From: Candidatus Bathyarchaeia archaeon
Lineage (GTDB): Archaea > Thermoproteota > Bathyarchaeia > Bathyarchaeales > Bathycorpusculaceae
DNA: 37,606 bases
Direction of reading: 5' to 3'
Assembly: GCA_049512935.1 (NCBI GenBank)
Contig: JBEKWR010000018.1
Span: 1 to 37,606, forward strand
In this document: positions 1 to 9,227 of the stretch, in pieces
Layout of the letters: each line of letters begins with the position of its first letter
Position numbering within the stretch: position 1 is the first letter of the stretch
Position numbers and translations under genes: made by a program
Notes under the pieces: model-generated
What the model saw: the letters and a program-made list of their open reading frames with translations, nothing else
What the model was told of the DNA's origin: nothing
Databases searched by the model: none

Positions 1-1
1 A

Positions 2-562
2 ACCTTAAGCTACTCGGTTGACCGAGACACTGCTTGGGTAGGCTACAGCTTAGACGGCAAAAGAAACGTCACGGTAAGCGGAACCACCGAACTGTTTAAC
101 CTGACTCAGGGCAAACACAGCATAATTCTGTACGGCAACGACAGCGCAGGCAACATGGGCGCCTCTAACGAGGTTTTCTTCTCGGTGAATTCGCTGCCTC
201 CCGACATCATCATGGTTATGCCGCTCAACCAGTCTTACGGCGCAACGGACATACAGTTGATTTTCACCCTGGATGAGAACGCGACTAAACTGGCTTACAG
301 TTTAGACGGAGCGGCAAACGTGACCATACTTGGAAACGTAACCCTGCCTGCCCTCTCCAACGGTTCACACCGCATAACCGTTTACGCTACTGACGCGTAC
401 GGAGTCGAAGGTTCAAAGACAGTTTACTTTATGATTGCGCCGTTCCCGACGCTTACGATTGTGGGAATCACGGCTTCAGTGATCATAGTTTTAGCGTCCG
501 GATACCTGCTTATACCGCGAAAACCAAAACCACCGAGCAACAAGCGAAAACTGCCCGTGTAA
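2..562 (+). CDS. 5'-truncated membrane-anchored surface protein with tandem Ig-like repeats
   Basis: The frame of ORF 155..562 is open back to the window edge (TLSYSVDRDTAWVGYSLDGKRNVTVSG...HSIILYGNDSAGNMGAS). It has two YSLDG..NVT...L..G.H...YA/GND repeats, then a C-terminal TM helix and basic tail. Confidence 0.8.
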   Translation, partial: TLSYSVDRDTAWVGYSLDGKRNVTVSGTTELFNLTQGKHSIILYGNDSAGNMGASNEVFFSVNSLPPDIIMVMPLNQSYGATDIQLIFTLDENATKLAYSLDGAANVTILGNVTLPALSNGSHRITVYATDAYGVEGSKTVYFMIAPFPTLTIVGITASVIIVLASGYLLIPRKPKPPSNKRKLPV

Positions 563-742
563 ACGCTGTCCATTCAAGTGCTTAACATAGCCCAAGAATC
601 CAAAAGAAGGGCGGCGGCGCATCCAATAGGATGATTCCTCTTTTTGGGCAAATTTTCGCTAGTATTGAGCTCAAAATCAGTTTAGCTAACGACCAAAAGA
701 AAAATCGAAGCAAACAGGCGACAACCGATGCGCACTGACGCT

Positions 743-1846
743 TCACTGCTTGTTTGTGGCGAGCGACTTGACCCACTCACGTTTTTCCCACAGCGCGCAA
801 CCATGGATTTCTTTGAGTTCCGCGTGGTTCTCCCGAATCGTCTTTAGCATTTTGGACTGCAGTGCTTCCCGAAGCGGGATGTCCTTGAGGTTAGTGTCTG
901 AATAGGCTATGAACGGGCACGGCTCCACGTTTCCCTCTGCGCTTACATGCACAAAGCCCCGTCCAGCCGAGAGGCACCCGCCAATCTCGTCTTCGTCCCA
1001 AGGCAGGGCAATAAAAAGGGCTTTGTACTTTTTGCGGAAGCCGTTTCGGATGGGGACAACCGCAGCTTTCTGCTCCGCCGTCAGAACCCAATCTTCGGTT
1101 CCAGCCGTCACAGGCGTGTACTCGACACACATGAAGAATTTGCATCCCGCATCGACAAGCTGCCCGATGAAGGCGTCGTCGGTTACCTCGTCGAAGTTGG
1201 TTCTGGTCATGGTCAGGGTGGCTCCCCAGAAAAGCCCCGAGCTTTTCAGTTTGCCCATGGACTTGAGCAGCTGATTGTAGACTCCGCTGCCGCGTCTGCC
1301 GTCCGTGTCAATCTGGTAGCCTTCAAGGCTCAGTAGCGGAACAATGTTCTTGTTCTGCGCCATCTGCTCCAGCACACTGTCGTTCAAGAGAAGCCCGTTT
1401 GTGAACATCAAAAACATGATTTCAGGCGTTTTCTTGCTTATGCTCAGCACGTTGGGGCGCATAAGGGGTTCGCCGCCTGCAAGCACGATAAAAGAGATGC
1501 CGAGCTCCTTCGCTTCGTCGACAAGCCGCTCGATGCGTTCGTCACTCATCTCCGCGTCGGTCTTCGCCCTCAGCGCCTGGTGGTAGCAGCCTTCACAGTG
1601 CAAGTTGCACTTGCTCGTTACGCTGATGACCAGAATCGGCGGCACATGAAGCCCCTCAAGCTCCAGCCTCTGCCGCAGCTTCGCGGCTTGGTTTTGCCAA
1701 CGCAGCGTTCGCAAAAAGAAAACGGACTGTGATGGGCTGGTGAGGGCGATTCGCACGGCGTCTTTGAAGAAGACTTTTAACGCGTCATTGACGATTTTGT
1801 TAACGTTAAAGTTCAAGTTGTCTTCTGACTGCTCGGTTTTGCTCAT
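743..1846 (-). CDS. Radical SAM protein with SPASM/twitch-type C-terminal domain
   Basis: CNLHCEGC (CxxxCxxC), GGEP, FTNG and the C-terminal GCLSAG...GNVEPCPF motif. Confidence 0.9.
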   Translation of the reverse strand: MSKTEQSEDNLNFNVNKIVNDALKVFFKDAVRIALTSPSQSVFFLRTLRWQNQAAKLRQRLELEGLHVPPILVISVTSKCNLHCEGCYHQALRAKTDAEMSDERIERLVDEAKELGISFIVLAGGEPLMRPNVLSISKKTPEIMFLMFTNGLLLNDSVLEQMAQNKNIVPLLSLEGYQIDTDGRRGSGVYNQLLKSMGKLKSSGLFWGATLTMTRTNFDEVTDDAFIGQLVDAGCKFFMCVEYTPVTAGTEDWVLTAEQKAAVVPIRNGFRKKYKALFIALPWDEDEIGGCLSAGRGFVHVSAEGNVEPCPFIAYSDTNLKDIPLREALQSKMLKTIRENHAELKEIHGCALWEKREWVKSLATNKQ

Positions 1847-2072
1847 GCCTCATCGCTTTGAAAGCTGGGTAAGGCAGCCTATTAACCTATGCGTTTGTAA
1901 CTATTTAGAAAAAAGCTTAGCTATATATTTTTTGAAGAAAAAAAGGAGACTGCAGAGTTTTAGCGTAAACGCGAGGATGCTTGTTTTGCGGGGGATTAAT
2001 CTAATACGGTCCATTTAAACCGTCTCAACCCCTGTACCCGAAACCGTGGAAAAAGCAAAAATGCACGCTTAT

Positions 2073-2141
2073 TTATTGCTTGCCCGTTTTTGCTTCATGC
2101 TTCGCTTTTTTGTTGGCATTCTTCTTTTTTAAAGATGGCAT
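2073..2141 (-). CDS. Possible 22-aa Lys-rich small protein (MPSLKKKNANKKAKHEAKTGKQ)
   Basis: ATG to TAA frame read manually, below the ORF-track cutoff. No homology recognised. Confidence 0.25.
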   Translation of the reverse strand: MPSLKKKNANKKAKHEAKTGKQ

Positions 2142-2224
2142 ACTGCCTAAGTGTGCAGAAGAAGCTAAAAAGACTTTTCACCAAAACCACTGTTTTGCGT
2201 TGGGTTGGATTGGTTTGAAATTTT

Positions 2225-2260
2225 TTGTGAGACCTTTGGCGTGCCGTAAGTTGAGACTTT
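2225..2260 (-). repeat. Pair of AAAGTCKCAAC-like motifs
   Basis: 2248-2260 reverse-complements to AAAGTCTCAACTT, a 12/13 match to AAAGTCGCAACTT at 30898-30910. A weaker copy (AAAGGTCTCACAA) lies about 24 bp away. Confidence 0.4.
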
Positions 2261-2324
2261 TGTGTTTTGGATTAGGTTATTTGCTAAGCCCTCGAAATTT
2301 CACTCTTCAAGAAGCTGGTTTTTC

Positions 2325-2354
2325 AAATTTATAAGGTGAGTTTTGCATTCTTAT
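2325..2354 (+). promoter_or_regulatory. Putative TATA box and short inverted repeat upstream of relB
   Basis: TTTATAAG lies about 40 bp upstream of the ATG at 2371, with an ATAAG...CTTAT inverted repeat at 2331-2354. Confidence 0.4.
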
Positions 2355-2370
2355 GCTGTAGTGGTCTTTA

Positions 2371-2589
2371 ATGGCTAAGACTGTTCATTTGGATGAGGAA
2401 GATCGTAAGCTTCTCGTTGAAACCAAGCAAAAGCTTGATGAAGCTACCAAGCTTATGGGGGAACTGATGGAAACCTTCGAGATTTTAAGCGACCCCGAAA
2501 TGGTAAAGGCTATCAAGGAAGGGCAAGAGGACATTAAAGCGGGAAGAGTAAAAGAGTTGCGCACGCTTCTGAAGGAAGAAGCCCGTTGA
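2371..2589 (+). CDS. relB: RelB/Phd-like antitoxin
   Basis: The C-terminal LMETFEILSDPEMVKAIKEGQEDIKAGRV is a typical antitoxin tail. It overlaps the relE start by 4 nt. Confidence 0.75.
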   Translation: MAKTVHLDEEDRKLLVETKQKLDEATKLMGELMETFEILSDPEMVKAIKEGQEDIKAGRVKELRTLLKEEAR

Positions 2590-2848
2590 AACCCAAGTAC
2601 AAGGTTGTTTTATCAGGACAGGCAGAGCATTTCTATAGGAAGTTAGAGGAAAAAGTCAAAGGTCAAGTTCGAGAGTGCTTTATCAGTTTAGAAGAAGATG
2701 CTTACAGTGGAAAACGGCTACATGGAGACTTAAAAGGAAAACAGTTTACGCGTGGGAAAGAACCTGCGCATAATCTATAAGGTCTCTGAGAAAAACAAAA
2801 TTGTTCATGTTGCAGCCCATAGGCCCAAGACGAAATGTCTACGAGTAA
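2586..2848 (+). pseudogene. relE: RelE/ParE-family toxin with two frameshifts
   Basis: YKVVLS...GKRLHGDLKGK, then a shift near 2740 gives SLRVGKNLRIIYKVSEKNKIVHVAA. A second shift near 2817 gives IGPRRNVYE* (TAA 2846-2848), a canonical RelE C-terminus. Confidence 0.85.
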
Positions 2849-2971
2849 TTCTTGCACCAAAACATTTTAACCGTTAATTCTATGCCAGTTGTTGATGATG
2901 ATGGAGTATTTTCTTTCTTTTCCCAAAACAAAACGTCTAGCAGAAAAATCAGGCAAAACTGAAGAAAAAAC

Positions 2972-3020
2972 CAAGAAAAGCGAATTGCCGCGGTTTATTC
3001 GAGTATTATTCTTGCGTTGA
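2972..3020 (-). repeat. Displaced copy of the acdB 3' end and downstream sequence (direct repeat of 3951-4001)
   Basis: CAAGAAAAGC-GAATTGCCGC-GGTTTATTCGAGTATTATTCTTGCGTTGA versus CAAGAAAAGCCGATTTGGCGCGGGTTTATTCAAGTATTATTCTTGCGTCGA. Both encode ARIILE* on the minus strand. Confidence 0.85.
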
Positions 3021-3065
3021 AGACAAGTGCCGACATCTTGAATTTTGAAAAAATCCTGTTGGTTA

Positions 3066-3509
3066 TCATTTGTTTTCTATGATTTGAAGAAATGCATTCA
3101 CTGAAACTAGCTGCGTTTTTTTGTAGCAAACTACTTTGAGGAGATGCTTGTCGCCGCTAACAATGTAATCTGCTCCTGCAGCTTGGGCGCATTCAATGAA
3201 CTTATTATCTGCTGGATGTTCCACAATAAAATTAATCCTTTTTGTAACTTTGACGAATTTCGCAATTTTCAGCACCGCCTCAATTAAATCTTCAATCTGT
3301 AGTCCTTCAGCTTCGCAGATATTCGTAAACTTGGGGTAAGCCAAAACCTGACTGATTTCTGCAACGATTTCTTCAGAGGTCAGGATGCTGACTTTGTTCC
3401 GTTCGGCTGCTTTTATGATTTCTGCAGGTTTGCCGCCCCAGAGCATTGCCGAGATCCAAACGTTTGTGTCAAGAACTACTTTTGGCTCTTGCTTGGTCGA
3501 TGAGGGCGT
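3066..3509 (-). CDS. vapC: PIN-domain (VapC-type) toxin; no canonical start codon upstream of the VVLDTN motif
   Basis: The frame extends upstream of the 3446 ATG as T(ACG)PSSTKQEPKVVLDTNVWISAMLWGG, up to a stop at 3510-3512. Later PIN motifs are DNKFIECA and DYIVSGDKHLL. Confidence 0.8.
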   Translation of the reverse strand, partial: TPSSTKQEPKVVLDTNVWISAMLWGGKPAEIIKAAERNKVSILTSEEIVAEISQVLAYPKFTNICEAEGLQIEDLIEAVLKIAKFVKVTKRINFIVEHPADNKFIECAQAAGADYIVSGDKHLLKVVCYKKTQLVSVNAFLQIIENK

Positions 3510-3729
3510 TTATGTCTTCCTCCGAAAGGCCCAACTGCCTAACTTTTGCCCAAACTGGCTTCATGGTTTCTTCAAAGGATTTATCAATTATTTTTTTTAG
3601 AACAACCATGTCATCAATGGCTATTGCCATAAGCTTCTCGCCTTTCTTGATGCTAGCTGCCTTGCGCACGTTCGCTGGGATAACCACCTGCCCTTTAGAG
3701 GAAACTTTAGTTGTGGACGCCTCCACCAT
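3469..3729 (-). CDS. vapB: AbrB/MazE/SpoVT-family antitoxin
   Basis: TTKVSSKGQVVIPANVRKAASIKKGEKL swapped-hairpin signature, a GGTGA SD upstream, and overlap with the PIN gene. Confidence 0.9.
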   Translation of the reverse strand: MVEASTTKVSSKGQVVIPANVRKAASIKKGEKLMAIAIDDMVVLKKIIDKSFEETMKPVWAKVRQLGLSEEDINALIDQARAKSSS

Positions 3730-3745
3730 GCTCTCACCGCGCTGT

Positions 3746-3768
3746 AGTAAGAATATTCTTACTTATAA
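3746..3768 (-). promoter_or_regulatory. Perfect 18-bp palindromic operator abutting the TATA box of the abrB-vapC operon
   Basis: AGTAAGAAT ATTCTTACT at 3746-3763; minus-strand TTATAAGT at 3768-3761. Confidence 0.75.
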
Positions 3769-3975
3769 CAATATTGCGAAAACAGCCTCGACTTAACAGG
3801 AAAACCCCTGAAAACGGGAGTTTGATTTCAGTCCAGTTTCCTTTCTACTTCAAAATACTTTTCCACATGACGCCTAGTAGACTCAAACGGGGCAGGGGGA
3901 ACTGCTGTTTTTTGATAAAAAAAACAGCGCAAAAATCGAAAACAAAAAAACAAGAAAAGCCGATTTGGCGCGGGT

Positions 3976-4680
3976 TTATTCAAGTATTATTCTTGCGTCG
4001 ACGGTTTTTGCGCCTTTCTGGTAAGCCAGGACCGGGTTGAGGTCTAACTCTTTGATTTCCGGGTTTTCCATCACGAGCCGCGAGGTGTTCAGCAGTATGG
4101 CGACTAGCGCGTCGATGTCTGCGGGGGGCGTGTTGCGGAACCCTTTCAGAAGCGGGTAAGCCTTAAGCTGCGTTATCATTTCCTTCGCGTCGTCAGCGGT
4201 TATGGGTGCGATGCGGAAGTTCACGTCTTTAAGCACTTCAACGAAGATTCCGCCCAAACCGAACATGATTGTCTGCCCAAACTGCGGGTCCTTAATCGCG
4301 CCGACGATGGTTTCCGTTGACTGCGGAGCCATTTCCTGAACGAGGATCCCGACGATTTTCGCGTTGGGATTGTAGTTTTTGACGTTTTCAAGGATTTTTT
4401 TGTAGGCACCCTCTACATCCTGGGGGGTCTGCAGGTTCACCATGACGCCGCCCGCGTCGGACTTGTGGATGACATCGGGAGAAACGATTTTCAAGACGAC
4501 GGGGTAACCGATTTCACTCGCGAACTGGGCCGCTTCAGCCTCGCTGGAGGCAACCTTGAACTTGGTAACTGGAATACCGTACTCGATGCAGACCTGCTTG
4601 GCTTCCGGCTCCAGAAGCGCGCGCCTGCCCTCTTTTTTCGCTTGACTTATGATTTTCTGAGACTCGTTCAAACTACACAT
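3976..4680 (-). CDS. acdB: Acetate/acyl-CoA ligase (ADP-forming) beta subunit, ATP-grasp
   Basis: IGYPVVLKIVSPDVIHKSDAGGV, DPQFG..IMFGLGGIFVE and ELDLNP...VDARI. The start is uncertain (4671 TTG, 4680 ATG or 4698). Confidence 0.92.
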   Translation of the reverse strand: MCSLNESQKIISQAKKEGRRALLEPEAKQVCIEYGIPVTKFKVASSEAEAAQFASEIGYPVVLKIVSPDVIHKSDAGGVMVNLQTPQDVEGAYKKILENVKNYNPNAKIVGILVQEMAPQSTETIVGAIKDPQFGQTIMFGLGGIFVEVLKDVNFRIAPITADDAKEMITQLKAYPLLKGFRNTPPADIDALVAILLNTSRLVMENPEIKELDLNPVLAYQKGAKTVDARIILE

Positions 4681-4870
4681 CTTCCATTTACAGCACAATC
4701 TTTTTGTGTAGTGACATAACTCATTGCTTTAAATCCGTTGCGATGCAACCACCGACTTTTCAAAAAACCGCCGCCCATATTGTGTAGTCGTGTTCAACAC
4801 CCCAACATTAGTGTTTATTGAGACATAATATTTAATAAGCGAACGGCATGAACCCTAATACAGACCCACC

Positions 4871-6601
4871 ATGCCAGAGCAAAACTTCAAAGAAAAACTC
4901 ACAGAAACATTCGCCAAGCTAAAGCCAAAGAAAAAAGCAACCAAACCAACAAAAGCAGCATCGGAAAACAAGAACACAGAGAAAAAAAAAGACGACGCTA
5001 AAAAAAGATTCAAATTTCCAAAAATAAGCCTAGGCCTCACAAAGAAAACGCTTGAACCAGAGCTCCCAACCGTAAATAAAGCCTTGCCCAAATCCTTGAA
5101 AATAGTTGACAAATACTCGCTCTACGAACCATTCGCGCAGGTTTTCATAGTCCAAGAACCCAAAACTGGCGAGTACAAGTACATTTTGGATGAGCTTCAA
5201 CTCGACAATTTTGAGCGGGGAATATACAACCGCGTCCTGGAAATATTGCTCGCCGAAATCGAGTCACCTAAAGAAGAAATCGCTGACCCCAGAAAGTTCT
5301 TCGCTCAAGAAGCTAAGAAAATCGTGGATAAATACCGCATTAGCCTCGGATGGCTGCCTGACGTTTCATGGTACAAGATCCTTTACCATGCAGAGCGGGA
5401 CCTTGTAGGCTTCGGCAAAATCGACCCTTTAATGCGCGACCCCAACATTGAAGACATCTCTTGCGACGGCGTTAACAAGTCAGTCTACATTTGGCACCGA
5501 ACCTTCGAAAGCATTGAAACCAACGTTCAGTTTGAGAACGACGAAATCCTCGATAACATGGTTGTAAAACTTGTCCACATGGCTGGGAAACACGTGAGTT
5601 CCGCCTTTCCAATAGTTGACGCATCGCTGCCAGGAAAACACCGTCTTGCTGTCTGTTACCGCCGAGAAATCACGCCCTTCGGCACAGCGTTTACCATCAG
5701 AAAATTCAGGGATGACCCGTACTCAATCATCGACTTAATCAACATCGGCACTTTCACCGAAGAACTCGCCGCTTACCTCTGGATTTGCCTTGAAAACCGC
5801 GCTTCAATCATGATTCTCGGCGGAACAGCTGCGGGGAAAACAACGGCGTTAAACGCGATGGCGTGCCTTATCAAGCCTGGAAGCAAAATCATCACCATTG
5901 AAGAAACTGCTGAGCTAAACTTATCCCATGAAAACTGGGTTTCACTTATTAGCCGTCAAAGCTATGGGTTGGGCGGAAACAGCGTTGGTGAAGTTCCCCT
6001 TTTTGACTTGGTAAAAGCGTCGATGAGACATCGCCCTGACATGTTGATTGTAGGTGAGGTCCGAGGACAAGAAGCGTACGTCCTATTCCAAGCCCTAGCG
6101 ACAGGTCACGGTGGCATGTGCACTATGCACGCTGAAAACTTGGATTCTGCCGTGAAGCGGTTAACTCAGAAACCCATGGAAATCTCTCCCGCTTACATTC
6201 CGTTAATGAACTTAGTCATCTCAGTTCAGCGTGTTCACTTGGTTAAATCCGGTGTGAAGAAGGCTTACCGACGTATTCTTTCTACTAATGAGATTGCAGG
6301 GTACGAAAACTACGTGAACATTTTCACTTGGGACCCGATTGCAGACGAGCAAGTATCCTTCTTAAGCAACAGCCCATTGTTTGCGTCTATTGCCAAAAAG
6401 ACCGGCATGACAACTGACGATCTGATTGAGGAATCGAAGAGACGAAGCGCAGTTCTACATTGGATGCGGCAACAAAAAATCCGAAGCTACAAAGAAGTAG
6501 CACACATAATCTCGGAGTATTACGCAAGGCCAAAGGAATTTTACCAAAAAATTCAAATGAGCAAGGAGGAAAACCCTGTTGCCGCTGTCCCAAAAGTTTG
6601 A
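4871..6601 (+). CDS. Type IV pilus/secretion assembly ATPase (PilB/FlaI/TadA-like)
   Basis: Walker A GGTAAGKTT, Asp box TIEETAEL, Walker B LIVGEVRG and His box TGHGGMCTMHA. It also has DPNIEDISCDG and a Lys-rich N-terminal extension. Confidence 0.95.
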   Translation: MPEQNFKEKLTETFAKLKPKKKATKPTKAASENKNTEKKKDDAKKRFKFPKISLGLTKKTLEPELPTVNKALPKSLKIVDKYSLYEPFAQVFIVQEPKTGEYKYILDELQLDNFERGIYNRVLEILLAEIESPKEEIADPRKFFAQEAKKIVDKYRISLGWLPDVSWYKILYHAERDLVGFGKIDPLMRDPNIEDISCDGVNKSVYIWHRTFESIETNVQFENDEILDNMVVKLVHMAGKHVSSAFPIVDASLPGKHRLAVCYRREITPFGTAFTIRKFRDDPYSIIDLINIGTFTEELAAYLWICLENRASIMILGGTAAGKTTALNAMACLIKPGSKIITIEETAELNLSHENWVSLISRQSYGLGGNSVGEVPLFDLVKASMRHRPDMLIVGEVRGQEAYVLFQALATGHGGMCTMHAENLDSAVKRLTQKPMEISPAYIPLMNLVISVQRVHLVKSGVKKAYRRILSTNEIAGYENYVNIFTWDPIADEQVSFLSNSPLFASIAKKTGMTTDDLIEESKRRSAVLHWMRQQKIRSYKEVAHIISEYYARPKEFYQKIQMSKEENPVAAVPKV

Positions 6602-8309
6602 GGCTTTCTCTTATCGTCTGTTCGGTCGGTTTGCTCCTTATTTTCAAGAACACGTTTACCCGATTAAGGGTTCCTTGGAGAAGGGACGGGTCAGAATTTT
6701 TCATGACGCTTACATTTCGATGATGTTCTTAGCTGTCCTACTTACTCTTCCTGTTTCAGTATTGGGTATAGTGCTTGTTTTGCTCACCCACGTTTTGCCC
6801 TTGCTGATTCTGGTTCCAATTCCCGCTTTTGTCGCTGTGGGATTCTTGTTCATGCCATCGTCCAGCGCCAGCGATAGAGCTACAGGCTTGGAGCGTGAGA
6901 TGCCTTTTGCGGCTGCTTACATTAGCGTCATGGCGTCAGGAGGCATTGCGCCGTACACGAGTTTTAAGCGTTTATCTGAAGTTGACTTGATGCCTGCTAT
7001 GCGTAGAGAGGCAAGGGACATAATGAAAGACGTGGAAGTTTTCGGTGTGGACCCTCTGTCAGCTCTTGAGCAGGCTGCAAAAAAGAATCCGCTTGACATA
7101 TTCAAAGACTTCTTGGGCGGCTATGCTTCAACCGTCGTTATTGGCGGTGACATCGGGCACTTTCTTGAACGCAAAGCAGAAGACATATTCAAGACCCGTG
7201 CATTGCGTGTCAAAGCGGCTGCTGAACGTCTCGGGATGCTGCTGGAAACTTTCATCATCGTCATGGTCATGATGTCGCTTTGCTTCTACATTCTTTTCGC
7301 TGTACAGCAGATTCAAGGCGGATCTGCCCAAACTAATACAAGCCTTTCAACTTTCTCAGGAATCCTCATGTACACTTACCTTTTCACGCCGCTGCTATCG
7401 GTAATGTTCATTTATATGGCCCACACCATGCAGCCGAAGACACCTGTGATTGAGATGAAGCCATACAAAATCTTCGCCGCTTCCTCTGTCGTAGGAATAT
7501 TCGTATTGCTGCTACTCACCAATTTCTTTGGCGCCGCACAGCTGCCCCTCTTCACCACTTTGATCAAATGGGGTCTTGACTTGCCAATAGCCATAGCTGC
7601 CGCCCTTTGCATCTCCGCGGCCCCAGCGGGAATCGTGCACATGAAAATGGCTAAGAAACAAGCGAGTTTAGAGGCGGGGGTCACTAGTTTTCTGCGTGAC
7701 CTAACAGAAGTTCGAAAAACGGGTCTTTCACCTGAAAAATGCATAGAAAGCTTGTCCAAACGCGACTACGGATCCTTCAGCAAAGAACTGCGAAAAATCA
7801 GCGCTGAAATTTCCTGGGGAATTCCTCTGAAGCGGGTTATGATGGATTTTCTGCATCGGACGAAAAGCTGGATGGTTCAGATAGTTATGTTTCTGCTGGT
7901 GGAAACTATTGACGTAGGCGGGGGAACCATCGCCATGATTGAATCGTTGGCCAACTTTAACAATTTAACTGATGAAGTGGAAAGAGAAAAGAAAATGTCG
8001 GTTCGCCCGTACATTATGATGCCGTATTTAGCTGCGATTCTTCTTGTCGCCACCACTACGATGATGTTGAGTTTCACAACTGGCTTCAACGCGACAGCGA
8101 CAACTGGTGTTTCAGCAACAAACGCAGCGGCAAGAGGCTTGGCGCAGACAATATTCCTTACTTCAGTGGTGTTCAACAGTTACCTCATCGGCATAGTCGC
8201 CGGAAAAATCAGCGAGGAATCTATCGCTGCCGGATTCAAACATGCCGCAATCCTCGTTGTCATCGCGGTAATTGCAGCAAAACTCATCCCCATGTTCATA
8301 AAGCTCTAA
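6579..8309 (+). CDS. Type IV pilus membrane platform protein (TadC/FlaJ-like, two T2SSF domains)
   Basis: Two repeats of a cytoplasmic domain (LEREMPFAAAY..VMASGG; SFLRDLTEVRKTGLS) followed by TM bundles. Overlaps the ATPase gene. Confidence 0.92.
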   Translation: MPLSQKFEAFSYRLFGRFAPYFQEHVYPIKGSLEKGRVRIFHDAYISMMFLAVLLTLPVSVLGIVLVLLTHVLPLLILVPIPAFVAVGFLFMPSSSASDRATGLEREMPFAAAYISVMASGGIAPYTSFKRLSEVDLMPAMRREARDIMKDVEVFGVDPLSALEQAAKKNPLDIFKDFLGGYASTVVIGGDIGHFLERKAEDIFKTRALRVKAAAERLGMLLETFIIVMVMMSLCFYILFAVQQIQGGSAQTNTSLSTFSGILMYTYLFTPLLSVMFIYMAHTMQPKTPVIEMKPYKIFAASSVVGIFVLLLLTNFFGAAQLPLFTTLIKWGLDLPIAIAAALCISAAPAGIVHMKMAKKQASLEAGVTSFLRDLTEVRKTGLSPEKCIESLSKRDYGSFSKELRKISAEISWGIPLKRVMMDFLHRTKSWMVQIVMFLLVETIDVGGGTIAMIESLANFNNLTDEVEREKKMSVRPYIMMPYLAAILLVATTTMMLSFTTGFNATATTGVSATNAAARGLAQTIFLTSVVFNSYLIGIVAGKISEESIAAGFKHAAILVVIAVIAAKLIPMFIKL

Positions 8310-8353
8310 TGGAGGACTAAAAAAAGCTGTTTAGCAAAGCTCAAAAAAGAACC

Positions 8354-9211
8354 TTGCGAAAAAATAAGCGCGCGGTTACTCCTGCAATTTCCACGATTAT
8401 CATAACCGCGGCTCTTGTTGTTTTAGTCCTTGTAACCGTAAGCTTTGCCGACAACGAATTGACCATTCAAATGGCTCAAGGAGAATTTAGCTCAAGCAAA
8501 AATTTCATGCAGTCAACAGGAACTCAGATAGACAACGTAGCGTGGACTATTGGGAGAACAGAAGCAGTTGATTACATCGCTAAATACGGGGATGTATCGT
8601 TCACACCTGGAGTCCTAAATTACACTTTCGAAGTCAGCTACAACGATGGAGCGTCATGGCAACTTATCTACAACTGTACAACCGGCATGATTATGTACAA
8701 CATGCCAGCAAGCGTCTACAGTATAGGGAATGATTGCTTCAGCAGGATAGTGCCCGCGAGCAGTGGTTCATTCTTGCAACAGGGCGTTTCAGCGCCTGTC
8801 TACCAAGTATTTGAAGTAGAAAACGCGGTTGCTTACGGAGCCTATGCGAGAATAGTAACTGTGCCCACTGTGAGAGTGATCAACTCGACCCTGCCAGGTG
8901 AAAGCTCCAGTGAAAGCTACTACGAGTTTTACGTGCCCTCTCTCGTGACTGCTTCAAGCCCGTATCTTTCGCAATCGCTCTCACTCACAGGAGCCGGGTT
9001 GAACATGGCGGCAGCCAGCAACAGCGCGCAGAGTAGCTATCAAGTACGAATAACGGCGACGATTCCCATGGGTGTAATTCCATCTGGTTTCAAAAGTTTC
9101 AGTAATTCATTCTTTAACTTTGACCATACCACAGAAACTTTGTCTGTTCCTGCTGGATCTTTTGTAGAAATTTACAACGGTAACGTAAGGGTTTCGATAG
9201 GATTAACTTAG
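8354..9211 (+). CDS. Pilin-like protein with class III signal peptide
   Basis: RKNKRA/VTPAISTIIITAALVVLVLV: basic leader, cleavage after Ala and a hydrophobic helix, then a Ser/Thr-rich beta domain. Confidence 0.8.
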   Translation: MRKNKRAVTPAISTIIITAALVVLVLVTVSFADNELTIQMAQGEFSSSKNFMQSTGTQIDNVAWTIGRTEAVDYIAKYGDVSFTPGVLNYTFEVSYNDGASWQLIYNCTTGMIMYNMPASVYSIGNDCFSRIVPASSGSFLQQGVSAPVYQVFEVENAVAYGAYARIVTVPTVRVINSTLPGESSSESYYEFYVPSLVTASSPYLSQSLSLTGAGLNMAAASNSAQSSYQVRITATIPMGVIPSGFKSFSNSFFNFDHTTETLSVPAGSFVEIYNGNVRVSIGLT

Positions 9212-9227
9212 CGAGAGGTGTGATGAA

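Noticed and set aside
582-2018. Several 60-130 aa ORFs overlapping or antisense to the radical SAM gene
   Set aside because: Shadow frames of a well-supported gene with no motifs. The same applies to the many antisense ORFs inside the pilus, glmU, tgtA and RNase genes.
2730-2745. Programmed ribosomal frameshift in relE (AAAAGGAAAAC)
   Set aside because: Not a canonical X XXY YYZ heptamer, and a second independent shift would still be needed.
2882-2962. Short ORF MPVVDDDGVFSFFSQNK... after a TATA-like sequence
   Set aside because: Only 26 codons, running into the A-rich repeat; no recognisable homology.
4871-8309. Archaellum motor (flaI/flaJ)
   Set aside because: No flaH, flaF/G or archaellin genes are adjacent; the downstream genes are pilin/adhesin-like.
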